From Longimicrobiales bacterium (GTDB lineage: Bacteria > Gemmatimonadota > Gemmatimonadetes > Longimicrobiales > Gaopeijiaceae): a stretch of DNA of 64,000 nt. Location: assembly GCA_965238005.1 (NCBI GenBank), contig OZ250165.1:576001-640000 (forward strand), in the 5' to 3' direction. Position 1 is the first letter of the stretch, and each line of letters opens with the position of its first letter. Below the pieces are notes generated by a model. It did no database searches. It was not told the DNA's origin and saw only the letters and a program-made list of their open reading frames with translations. The position numbers and the translations under genes were made by a program. Positions 20,061 to 28,916 of this stretch are shown in pieces.

Positions 20061-22202
20061 ATGTACCGTGAAGTCTTCGTACCAGTAGACAACTCCCAAC
20101 ATTCCTATTGGGCCGTGGACCGGGCCATCGAGGTCTGTTCCCACTTCGACGGACGGATCACCGGGAACCACGTCTATGCGGCCCGCCTGCACGACGTTCG
20201 CTTTCGGCAGCTGGAAACCGGCCTCCCGGCCCAGTTCCAGACCGCCCAGGAGATCAAGCGACAGAGGAAGATCCATGACAAGCTGATCGAGAAGGGCCTC
20301 CAGCTCATCTCAGATTCTTTCCTCGACCAGACGGCGAAGGCGTGCGACTCCGCAGGCGTCCTCCTTACCAGGCAGCTCCTCGAAGGAATCAATTACGAGG
20401 AGGTAATCCGTGAAGCCAACGGTGGCAGCGGACGACTGCCAAGTCTCATCGGCTTCGACCCGAACATCGCCGACAAGTACGACGGGGGCGCGACGGTTCG
20501 GAGCGATGTGAAGATAGGCGAGGACGGCCGAATCGTGGCCGAAGATGAAGAGCAGGATGAGAAGCTTGCCGGCTCGAGTGGTCGCCAATACGACCTGTTG
20601 GTCATCGGAGCCCACGGCATCGGCAAACAGCCGTACTCCCAGTTGGGCGGGATGGTCTCTCGGGTAATCCGCGAGGTCGAGAAGGACACCCTCCTCATCA
20701 GAGACGAGAGGCCGCTGCAGAACGGCAATTGGATCGTCTGCGTCGACGGTTCGTCGTACTCCTACAAGGCCATGCGCCTGGCGCTCGAGATGGCCCGGGA
20801 GTTCGGTGCGAAGCTCCACGTCTGCTCCGCCTTCGACGTCGAGTACCACCACGCCGTCTTCGGCAACATCAAGGACATCCTCTCGGCGCAGGCCTCGAAG
20901 GTGTTCAAGTTCGAGGAACAGGAGGAGCTCCACAACAACATCATCGACAAGGGCCTCCTGAAGCTCGCCCAGGCCAACCTCAAGCGCGCTCAGGTCATGG
21001 CCGACGAGTTCCCCGACGTGGACGTGGAGACACAAATCCTCGTCGGAAAGCCCTTCCAGTGCATCCTCCAGTGGATCGAAGAGATCGAGCCGAGCCTCCT
21101 GGTCCTGGCACGTCACGGCGGGCACCGTATCGAGGACACCGACATGGGCTCGCAGGCGGACAACCTGTGCAGGCTCGCCCCCGGTAACATCCTTCTCGTT
21201 GGCACTCTGGACGTCCGTCCGGACGACATCCCGTGGATCGAAGAGGACGGCGAAACGGGCCTGGAGTGGTCGCCCGACGCGGAGGTCCGGATCCTGCGCG
21301 TGCCTCCCTTCGCACTCGGCATCGCGCGCAAGGCCGTGGAGGAGTACGTCCTCGACAACTACGGACCCGGGGCCAACGGCACGTATCGGGAAGACCCACT
21401 CACGCCAGCGCGTGGCAGCGCCTCGAACGGTGCCGGGTCGAGCGGCGTGTCCGGGCCGAGCGACGCGGCCGGGACCGACACCCCCACCGAGCCGGGCACC
21501 GCCGTGCCTCCCCTAGGAGCCGACGGCCTCCCCATGGTGACCAGTGCGCGGCTGGACGAGGCCATCCAGAAACTCCTGCCTACGCATATGCAGCTGATCA
21601 TGGGCATCGGCACCGCGGAAGAGCTCGCCCTCGCCGAGGTAAAGGCCGAAGAGGCGATGAAGCGCACGGTGGTAGAGGGTCTGGACGCGGACCCGCTGCC
21701 GGAGGTCGCCATGGTCTCGGCTAAGTGTCCTTACACGGGACACGTCGAGAGCCGCGAGCGAGCGGCCAAGGATCCCATCCAGTGGACCCAGGAGGCCTTC
21801 GAACGACTGAGGCTCGTTCCTCTCATCGCCCGGCCCCTGGCCCGCAACACCGTGGAGCGCTTCGCCCGTGAGCACGACTTCTGGCGTGTGACGACGCTGG
21901 TCATGGACGAGAACAAGCAGGCCATGATCGAGGCGGACGAGTTCGACATGGACACCATGCTGGTCATGTTCCGCGAGCTCCAGACCAAGCAGATCAGGGC
22001 GGAGGCGGAAGGGGTCGACGGCCTCACCCCCGAGATGCGGAGGTTCATCGAGGAAGCCAAGGCCAGCGGCGTGACACGCTGCCCCATCCGCGATGTGGCG
22101 GAAGCGGCGGACCAGTGTCCGGTGGATTTCAAGACCGTCTCGCCCGAGGACGCCAAGGCCGCCATCGAGCAGTTCATGAGCAAAGAGGCCGGCGAAGCGT
22201 GA
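20061..22202 (+). CDS. Tandem universal stress protein (2 USP domains) with two C-terminal PCP_red-like domains
   Basis: VFVPVDNS...LLVIGAHG and IVCVDGSSYS...LLVLARHG USP domains; WSPDAEVRILRVPPFAL and WTQEAFERLRLVPLIARP motifs. Confidence 0.82.
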   Translation: MYREVFVPVDNSQHSYWAVDRAIEVCSHFDGRITGNHVYAARLHDVRFRQLETGLPAQFQTAQEIKRQRKIHDKLIEKGLQLISDSFLDQTAKACDSAGVLLTRQLLEGINYEEVIREANGGSGRLPSLIGFDPNIADKYDGGATVRSDVKIGEDGRIVAEDEEQDEKLAGSSGRQYDLLVIGAHGIGKQPYSQLGGMVSRVIREVEKDTLLIRDERPLQNGNWIVCVDGSSYSYKAMRLALEMAREFGAKLHVCSAFDVEYHHAVFGNIKDILSAQASKVFKFEEQEELHNNIIDKGLLKLAQANLKRAQVMADEFPDVDVETQILVGKPFQCILQWIEEIEPSLLVLARHGGHRIEDTDMGSQADNLCRLAPGNILLVGTLDVRPDDIPWIEEDGETGLEWSPDAEVRILRVPPFALGIARKAVEEYVLDNYGPGANGTYREDPLTPARGSASNGAGSSGVSGPSDAAGTDTPTEPGTAVPPLGADGLPMVTSARLDEAIQKLLPTHMQLIMGIGTAEELALAEVKAEEAMKRTVVEGLDADPLPEVAMVSAKCPYTGHVESRERAAKDPIQWTQEAFERLRLVPLIARPLARNTVERFAREHDFWRVTTLVMDENKQAMIEADEFDMDTMLVMFRELQTKQIRAEAEGVDGLTPEMRRFIEEAKASGVTRCPIRDVAEAADQCPVDFKTVSPEDAKAAIEQFMSKEAGEA

Positions 22203-23578
22203 TCCGCGGCCTGGACCGTACGCGCTCCTCGGCGGCGACACTGCCACGGCCGGCCCCGGTCGGTCGGGAAGAGCCTCGGCTCGGAGGCGAGGGGGAGAGC
22301 TACGTCCCCCACATTGTCGCCTGGAACTTGACGAAACGCTGCAACCTCGAGTGCGCGCACTGCTACATCTCCGCCGGATCTTGGCACCTTGCCTCCGAAG
22401 AGCTCTCCACGGAGCAGTGCTTCCGGATCATGGACGAGATCCTCGAGGTCAATCCCAACCCCATGCTGATCCTGACCGGTGGGGAGCCCCTGGTTCGGGA
22501 CGATCTGGAGGCTCTCGCCGAGAGAGCCACGTCCCTTGGCGCGACCGTGGTCGTCGGGACCAACGGCATCGGGCTCACCGACGAGCGCATCGAGTCCTTG
22601 ATGGCGGCGGGAATCAAGGGCGTCGCGGTGAGTATCGACTCGCTTCGGCCCGAATATCACGATCGCTTTCGCCACGGGGGCGGCGCACTGGCCGATACCA
22701 TGGCCGCCGTCGAGCGTTGTGCCCGCCATGAGCTCGATTTCGTCATCCAGACCACGGTGACCACCGGGAACCGTCATGAGATCGCCGAGGTGGCGCGCTG
22801 GTCTGCGGCGGCGGGAGCCGTCTCCTTCAACGTCTACTTCGTGGTTCCCACCGGAAGAGCCGAGCACATGCGCGGGATGTCGCCGTCCGAGAACGACGAC
22901 GTCTTGAAGGAGCTGCTCGAGCTGGAGAGGACCTACCGCGGCCGGATGATGGTCCGCTCCAAGTGTCAGCCACAGCTCATGCGCCATGTGCTGCAGGGGG
23001 ATCCGGATTCGCCCCTGCTCAACTACGAGACCCGGTGCCCATGCGGCGTGCACTACGTGCGCATCACTCCCGAAGGGAAGGTGACTCCCTGCCCATACAT
23101 GCCCGTCGTGGCCGGCGACCTCATGACGGACAGCTTCCAGACGATCTGGAGAACGTCTGAGGTCTTCACAGAGCTCCGATCCGGTAGCCTCTCGGGGCGC
23201 TGCGGCCGGTGCGAGTATCGCGAGGTGTGCGGCGGTTGCCGTGCCCGCGCTTACGCCGACGGCGGCGATTTCATGGGCCCGGACGACTCGTGCGTGTACG
23301 AGCCTACGGGCGAGGCGCCCCTGGTGATTCCGGGGGATCGTGTCTCATACGGTCAGCCCGTCACGTCTGAATTGTCTTGGTCTCCGGAGGCTCGAGCCCG
23401 CCTGGAGCGAGTGCCAAGCTTCGTCCGTGGGGTAGTGACGGCCCGCGTGGAAAAATTTGCCCTCGAGAAGGGATATGCCCGCGTAGATACCGAGGTCATG
23501 GCCGAGGTCCGTAAGAGCCTTCCGGTGGACTTCTCGAAAAAGCTTCCGTTCTTCCTCGGCAGGGGAGGATCAGCGTGA
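22199..23578 (+). CDS. Radical SAM/SPASM protein (AhbD/NirJ-like) with C-terminal PCP_red-like domain
   Basis: WNLTKRCNLECAHCY, TGGEPL, SPASM CPCG...PCPY...CGRCEYREVCGGCRARAY...C; C-terminal WSPEARARLERVPSFVRG; GTGA overlap with the USP gene. Confidence 0.88.
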   Translation: MIRGLDRTRSSAATLPRPAPVGREEPRLGGEGESYVPHIVAWNLTKRCNLECAHCYISAGSWHLASEELSTEQCFRIMDEILEVNPNPMLILTGGEPLVRDDLEALAERATSLGATVVVGTNGIGLTDERIESLMAAGIKGVAVSIDSLRPEYHDRFRHGGGALADTMAAVERCARHELDFVIQTTVTTGNRHEIAEVARWSAAAGAVSFNVYFVVPTGRAEHMRGMSPSENDDVLKELLELERTYRGRMMVRSKCQPQLMRHVLQGDPDSPLLNYETRCPCGVHYVRITPEGKVTPCPYMPVVAGDLMTDSFQTIWRTSEVFTELRSGSLSGRCGRCEYREVCGGCRARAYADGGDFMGPDDSCVYEPTGEAPLVIPGDRVSYGQPVTSELSWSPEARARLERVPSFVRGVVTARVEKFALEKGYARVDTEVMAEVRKSLPVDFSKKLPFFLGRGGSA

Positions 23579-25377
23579 GCCCGACGGCTCGGCGCGGCGG
23601 TATGGCTTTGAAGCTCCTGGGAGCCCTGGGCCTGATGGGCCTGGCCTTCCACATCTTCCCGGACGTCGCCTGGGCCCAGGACGCGGCCGTTGCCCGCGAG
23701 TACGGTGACTTCCCACTGGTCGGGAGTCGGATCGCGATCTGGGTGTCGGCACAGGTGCACCTTCTCTTCGCCGCCTTCGTGCTCGGCGTTCCCATGTTCG
23801 CCGTGGTGGTCGAGGCCATCGGCATCTTCGGGGGCGAGGAGAAGTACGACAAGCTCGCCAAGGAGTTCACCCGGCTCCTCCTTGTGGCCTACTCCGCCAC
23901 GGCCATCTGGGGAGCGATCCTGGTCTTCCTGCTCATCACGCTTTATCCCAAGCTCTGGCTGTACCTGGCGGAGATCTTCGATGCCTCCATGTGGGTGTAC
24001 GTGGGCCTGTTCTTCTTGGAGTCGTTCACGCTCTACCTCTACTACTATGGCTGGGATCGCTGGAAGAAGGGGCGTGCCAAGCTGGTCCACTGGTCTCTGG
24101 GCATCATGCTCAACGTCTGGGGCACCATGGTCATGTTCATCGCCAATTCCTGGCTCACATACATGATGAGTCCCCCCGCCGATGTCGGTCCCGACACGGC
24201 ACCCGCCATGGTCCAGTTCTGGAGCGCCTTCGCGAACGCGACCTGGATGCCCATTAACATCCACAGGTTCATCGCCAACGTGGTCTTCGGGGGAGCCATC
24301 GTGGGGGCGTACTCGGCGTATCGTTTCCTCATGGCCAAGACGGACGAGGAGCGGGCCCACTACGATTGGATGGGCTACGTGGGCAACCTCGTCGCCATCG
24401 GGGCACTCATCGTCTTGCCCTTCGCCGGCTACTACCTGGGCCGGGAGATCTACGAGTTCAACCAGCAGATGGGCATCACCATGATGGGTGGCTTCATGAG
24501 CTGGCTGTGGATCATCCAGGCCTTCCTCATCGGCGTGCTCTTCCTGACTGGCAACTACTACCTGTGGGTGGGTATGGGGCGCATTCCCGGAGCCGAGCGC
24601 TTCACCCCTTACACGAAGTACATGCTGTTCGTCCTGGTCATTGGCGTGATCGTGTGGGCGACGCCCCACACCATGATCGCCAACCGCGAAGAGATCGCGG
24701 CCATGGGAGGTACTCACCACCCCTTCCTGGGCGTCCTGGGCGTCATGAGCGCCAAGAACACAGCGGTGAACATCATGATCCTGACGACGTTCCTTTCGTT
24801 CCTTCTCTACCGGCGGGCGAACATGCGCCCGACGGTCAGCTGGGCGCGAACAGGAACCATGGTGCAGGGCGCGCTGTTCGTGATCTCGGCCGGGATCGTG
24901 ATCTTCTACGGGATCTACGGATACTTCGTCAGCGCCATCGTCAGGATCGGATTCTCGGTCTATCAGGTGCTTGCGGTCCTGTTCACCATCGGGGCCGTGG
25001 TCGGCATCGACCTCTTCCTGAGCCGGGGCGCTGAGTCCCGGGGGGCCATCCGGTGGGGCCAGATGCCCCCCCGGTCGCAGTACGCCCTCTTTGTCCTCGC
25101 CGTCACCTTCACGTGGCTGATGGGTCTCATGGGCTTCGCTCGCAGCGGAATCCGCCAGCACTGGCACGTGTGGGAGGTGATGCGCGACACGAGTGAGTGG
25201 GCGGCTACGCCTGCGTTGGGGTATGCCTCGATAGTCATCTCGGCGTGTGTGCTGATCTTCCTGACGCTGGTGGCCTTCATCTTCTGGCTCGGCGGGCTGG
25301 CCGAGAAACCGGTGGTCTCGAGTGTGGGGGCCGGGGCGCAGTCGGGACCGGAGCTGGCTCCGGTGGCGGGCGACTGA
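23575..25377 (+). CDS. Cytochrome bd-like (CydA-homologous) integral membrane subunit, atypical
   Basis: AQVHLLF, FFLESFTLYLYYYGWDR, IANSW...MMSP, NIHRFIAN and RQHWHVWEVMRDT correspond to CydA motifs; many TM helices; no Q-loop QPxK motif seen. Confidence 0.85.
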   Translation: MSPTARRGGMALKLLGALGLMGLAFHIFPDVAWAQDAAVAREYGDFPLVGSRIAIWVSAQVHLLFAAFVLGVPMFAVVVEAIGIFGGEEKYDKLAKEFTRLLLVAYSATAIWGAILVFLLITLYPKLWLYLAEIFDASMWVYVGLFFLESFTLYLYYYGWDRWKKGRAKLVHWSLGIMLNVWGTMVMFIANSWLTYMMSPPADVGPDTAPAMVQFWSAFANATWMPINIHRFIANVVFGGAIVGAYSAYRFLMAKTDEERAHYDWMGYVGNLVAIGALIVLPFAGYYLGREIYEFNQQMGITMMGGFMSWLWIIQAFLIGVLFLTGNYYLWVGMGRIPGAERFTPYTKYMLFVLVIGVIVWATPHTMIANREEIAAMGGTHHPFLGVLGVMSAKNTAVNIMILTTFLSFLLYRRANMRPTVSWARTGTMVQGALFVISAGIVIFYGIYGYFVSAIVRIGFSVYQVLAVLFTIGAVVGIDLFLSRGAESRGAIRWGQMPPRSQYALFVLAVTFTWLMGLMGFARSGIRQHWHVWEVMRDTSEWAATPALGYASIVISACVLIFLTLVAFIFWLGGLAEKPVVSSVGAGAQSGPELAPVAGD

Positions 25378-25438
25378 TGCGCAGAATCGGCACTCGCGGC
25401 TTTAGCCCGACTTCTGACCCAGGAGACTGAGACACGCG

Positions 25439-26236
25439 ATGCTTGCAGAGAATCTGAGGATCCTGTCAGTCGTCATCGGGACGCTGGCCGTCTTCACCCT
25501 CGTTGCGAACTCCATCCCTCAGGTTCAGTCCGAGGTGCCCCAGGAGCTGACCTTCGGAGCCAACGTCACGGAGGCCGAGCTGGTATCGTCGGGAGAAGTC
25601 TTGTACAACGGTGCGGGCGGCTGTGTGGCCTGTCACGGACTCGGGACTCGCGCCCCGAATCTACTCACGGACCAGGGCGGCGTTGGCACCATCGGAGTCC
25701 GTTGCGGCAACCGGGTGAGCGGTCAGGACTGCAAGGCCTACCTGTACGCGTCCATGACCGATCCCAGCGACTACCTCGTGGAGGGCTTTAACCCGATCAT
25801 GCCGGACATGCGGCGATCGCTGTCCAATGCGCAGATCTGGTCCGTGGTGGCCTTCCTCCAGGCCCAGGGTGGCGAGGTGACGGTCACGGGCGCCGACGTG
25901 GCCGACGACGGGGGAGGGTCCGAGTCCACCGCTGCGGCAGCGTCGGCCACGGCGGCTCCGGCGACCGCGTCTCTCGACCCGCTCGAGATCATGCGTGCCA
26001 ACACCTGCCTGGTATGCCACCAGTTCAACGGTGAGGGCGTCCCCATGGGACCGGCCTTCGACGGGATCGGCGGACGTGTGGACGCAGACTATATTCGGCA
26101 ATCGATCCTGGATCCTTCGGCCGGCGCGTCGGAGGGGTTCGAAGTGTTCTTGGGCGTCATGCCCCAGATTTTCGGAGCGCAGCTGACGGCCGCCCAGCTG
26201 GAAGCCGTCGTTCAGTTCTTGGCCAGCCAACGGTAA
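25439..26236 (+). CDS. Membrane-anchored diheme cytochrome c
   Basis: N-terminal TM helix; CVACH and CLVCH, each with a downstream MP (Met ligand) motif. Confidence 0.9.
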   Translation: MLAENLRILSVVIGTLAVFTLVANSIPQVQSEVPQELTFGANVTEAELVSSGEVLYNGAGGCVACHGLGTRAPNLLTDQGGVGTIGVRCGNRVSGQDCKAYLYASMTDPSDYLVEGFNPIMPDMRRSLSNAQIWSVVAFLQAQGGEVTVTGADVADDGGGSESTAAAASATAAPATASLDPLEIMRANTCLVCHQFNGEGVPMGPAFDGIGGRVDADYIRQSILDPSAGASEGFEVFLGVMPQIFGAQLTAAQLEAVVQFLASQR

Positions 26237-26253
26237 GGGGAGGCGGAACACGA

Positions 26254-27051
26254 ATGGGCAAGCACTTCAAGCATCCGTTCGGTCAGGCGGTGGCGGTTCT
26301 GGTGCTGTCGTACGTGTTGCTGGACTACGGCATCGTGTATCTCCCCCCTCTGGTTGGCATCGCCAGCGCGCCGGTCCCGAACTCCGTCGTTCTTCAGTTC
26401 ATGCTGACGGCCGCAGTGGGGGTTCTGCTCTGGGTGAGCGACAACGAGGAGCGTTGGACGGAGTTCAAGGCGCCGATCCACCGGACGATGGTGGATCCGG
26501 AGCGCAAGACGGTGCGAGGCGTCTTCATGGTGGCCATTCCGTTCCTGGTAGCCTTCGGCACGTTCAACCAGGTCCGCCCCTCGGTAGCCGCGCCTCTGAC
26601 CCTCAGGTCCATCCATCCGGCGCCTCCCGGCCAGATCGACTTCCAGGGCGAGACCATGCGGCTCTCCGGGCTCGAGAATCCTCTGAGGACAACCGGTTCT
26701 CTGGAGGATCACTACGAGGAGGGCAAGCGGGTCTACTACCAGAATTGTCTCGCCTGTCACGGCGACGGGCTCAGCGGGCAGGGGCACTACGCAGCAGCGT
26801 TCAACCCGACTCCGGCCAGCTTCGAGGACGTGGGCACTATCGCGCAGCTCACCGAGAGCTTCGTGTTCTGGCGGATCGCCAAGGGCGGCCCGGGGCTTCC
26901 CAACGAGGGCGCGCCCTGGAACTCGGCCATGCCGGCCTGGGAGGACTTCCTCACCGCGGACGAGATCTGGTCCGTGATCATCTTCCTGTACGAACAGGCA
27001 GGGCACGAGCCCCGAACCTGGGAGGAAGCCGAGGAAGGGGAAGAGCAGTGA
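26254..27051 (+). CDS. Monoheme cytochrome c with ~3 N-terminal TM helices
   Basis: CLACH and NSAMPAW; hydrophobic N-terminal half. Confidence 0.88.
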   Translation: MGKHFKHPFGQAVAVLVLSYVLLDYGIVYLPPLVGIASAPVPNSVVLQFMLTAAVGVLLWVSDNEERWTEFKAPIHRTMVDPERKTVRGVFMVAIPFLVAFGTFNQVRPSVAAPLTLRSIHPAPPGQIDFQGETMRLSGLENPLRTTGSLEDHYEEGKRVYYQNCLACHGDGLSGQGHYAAAFNPTPASFEDVGTIAQLTESFVFWRIAKGGPGLPNEGAPWNSAMPAWEDFLTADEIWSVIIFLYEQAGHEPRTWEEAEEGEEQ

Positions 27052-28892
27052 TGCACGCCGTGACCGGGGGCACGGTGAAGAGCCGGTGGGTTGGATCCCT
27101 TCAAATACTAGTGGGTGGGACCCGTCGCGTGTTCTCTTTTTCGCTCGCGGGCGGGGCCCTTCGAGGATTCCCCTCTACGCTCCAGCAATCTGCGATTGAA
27201 CGTCGCTTCGAGGGGAATTCCGCGGCGGGCCCTCGGCAAGGGGTGCTAGAGAACACGGAGGCGGGCCCCCGGACGTGTGGGACAAGGGATCCTCGCATCG
27301 GCCCGGTCTCGCGGCCGACGGTGGCGGCATCTGTGCTCTTCTTGGTGGGCGGCCTGGGGGCGGGAGGCTTGGCGGCTCAGGAGGGGGATGATCTCGGGAA
27401 GGCCACTTACGAGAGGTGGTGTGCGGGGTGCCACGGGGTCGACGGGACGGGTCAGGGCCCGGGCGCCGAGATGATGCTCCCTCGCCCGCGCGACTTCACT
27501 CAGGCCCTCTACCAGATCCGGTCGACGGCCAGCGGGGAGCTCCCGACGGACGAGGACATGCTCAACGTCATCGACCTCGGGATGCCCGGTACGACTATGC
27601 CGGGTTGGGAGGATCTGCTGTCGCGGCAGGAGCGCGATGCCCTGGTTCAATACCTCAAGGGCTTCTCGCGTTTCTTCTCGCCCGACGAAGTCCCCGAGCC
27701 CCTCGACTTCGGCCGCCCCACGCGGGTGTCGGACGAAGTGCTCGCCGAGGGCAGGGCCCAATACGACGCCATCGAGTGCTGGAAGTGTCATGGCGACCAA
27801 GGTCGTGGGGAGGGGCAGTCCTCGCCCACCCTTGGCGACGACAGCGACTTCCCGATCCGAGCGGCCGATCTCACGGAGAACTGGCTGTTCAACGGTGGTG
27901 GCACGGTGGAGGACATCTATCGCCGCCTTCGAACGGGCCTGGACGGGACCCCCATGCCCAACTTCTCGGACCTGATCGACGCCCAGGTCATGACCGACGA
28001 CCAGCTCTGGGCCCTGGCGCATTACGTCCGGAGCTTCTCCCCCGAGGAAGAGCCCGGCATCAACGAGGTCGTGCGGGCCGCACTGCTGGAGGACGTGCCG
28101 CTTCCCACGTCCGTGGACGACCCCTTGTGGGACACGGCCGAGCCGGCCTATATCCCGCTGGCGGGACAGATCATCGTGAAGCCCCGCTGGTTCGACCCTC
28201 GTGTGGACGGCATGTGGGTCCAGGCTCTTCACGACGGCCAGGAGGTCGCCGTGCGGGTCCGCTGGAGCGACCCCAGCCTGAGCCCCGATCCCGACTGGGC
28301 CGACTGGAAGTCGCAGGTTATCTCGTTCATGGGCCCCAAAGAGGGAGACCCACCGGAGTCGGGACCCACACCGGACCAGCTCCTTCTCCAGTTTCCCATG
28401 CAGATGCCGCAGGGGATGGAGCGCCCGTACTTCATGCGGGGCGACAACCGTCGACCGGTCTACCTCTGGCAGTGGCAGAGCGACCGAAGCACGGCCCTCG
28501 AGGGCGAGGCCCGGGGGATCGGCACGGAGAGCTACCCGTCGGACGGACAGGATCTCGCGGTGAGCGCCTCCCACGAGGACGGGCAGTGGCAGGTTATGTT
28601 CACTCGCACCCTGCTCACCGAGGACGAGGGCGATCTGGACTTCGTCACAGGCGAGGCCATTCCGGTGGCGTTCTTCGCCTGGGACGGGGACAACGGAGAA
28701 TCGGGCACGCGTAGCTCCGTGAGCTCGTGGTACTTCTTGTTCCTCCAGGAGCCCACTCCCAACACGGTGTTCGTCGCTCCCGTAGTGGCTATGATGCTCA
28801 CGGCGGGACTGGGGATTCTCGTGGTCGGTAGGGCGCAGAAGCGAGAGCGTGAAGGCGAGATCGTGGAAGAGACCGAATCAACACAAGGCTGA
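27051..28892 (+). CDS. Diheme cytochrome c fused to an EB_dh/DOMON-like (ethylbenzene dehydrogenase gamma-type) domain, with C-terminal anchor
   Basis: CAGCH, CWKCH, PRPRDFT, GTTMPGW, GTPMP; then VRWSDP, RPYFMRGD..PVYLWQW, AFFAWDG; C-terminal TM helix. Start is 27051 (TGATG overlap) or GTG 27321. Confidence 0.87.
   Translation: MHAVTGGTVKSRWVGSLQILVGGTRRVFSFSLAGGALRGFPSTLQQSAIERRFEGNSAAGPRQGVLENTEAGPRTCGTRDPRIGPVSRPTVAASVLFLVGGLGAGGLAAQEGDDLGKATYERWCAGCHGVDGTGQGPGAEMMLPRPRDFTQALYQIRSTASGELPTDEDMLNVIDLGMPGTTMPGWEDLLSRQERDALVQYLKGFSRFFSPDEVPEPLDFGRPTRVSDEVLAEGRAQYDAIECWKCHGDQGRGEGQSSPTLGDDSDFPIRAADLTENWLFNGGGTVEDIYRRLRTGLDGTPMPNFSDLIDAQVMTDDQLWALAHYVRSFSPEEEPGINEVVRAALLEDVPLPTSVDDPLWDTAEPAYIPLAGQIIVKPRWFDPRVDGMWVQALHDGQEVAVRVRWSDPSLSPDPDWADWKSQVISFMGPKEGDPPESGPTPDQLLLQFPMQMPQGMERPYFMRGDNRRPVYLWQWQSDRSTALEGEARGIGTESYPSDGQDLAVSASHEDGQWQVMFTRTLLTEDEGDLDFVTGEAIPVAFFAWDGDNGESGTRSSVSSWYFLFLQEPTPNTVFVAPVVAMMLTAGLGILVVGRAQKREREGEIVEETESTQG
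27093..27292. repeat. ~200 bp nested palindromic element within the 5' end of the cytochrome c gene
   Basis: Pairs GGATCCCTT 27093-27101/AAGGGATCC 27284-27292, CGTGTTCTCT 27128-27137/AGAGAACACG 27248-27257, ATTCCCCTC 27167-27175/GAGGGGAAT 27210-27218; inner CAATC/GATTG. Confidence 0.75.
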
Positions 28893-28916
28893 ACCATTCA
28901 CAGTATCGGAGGATGT

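Noticed and set aside
11677..23578. Photosynthesis or chlorophyll genes (Mg-chelatase-like ATPase, PCP_red domains)
   Set aside because: No bch/puf genes. The ATPase pairs with a VWA protein, and the PCP_red domains are isolated modules without DPOR catalytic subunits.
22199..23578. RiPP cluster built around the SPASM enzyme
   Set aside because: No precursor peptide, PqqD/RRE domain, peptidase or exporter nearby; the context is respiratory.
23353..25167. Long antisense ORFs (e.g. 23353..25167, 39153..40511, 43163..44605)
   Set aside because: Shadow ORFs typical of high-GC coding strands; no recognisable motifs.
26454..27050. N-terminal ~200 aa of the 812 aa ORF in the track
   Set aside because: Overlaps the real monoheme cytochrome gene in another frame; the true start is 27051 or later.
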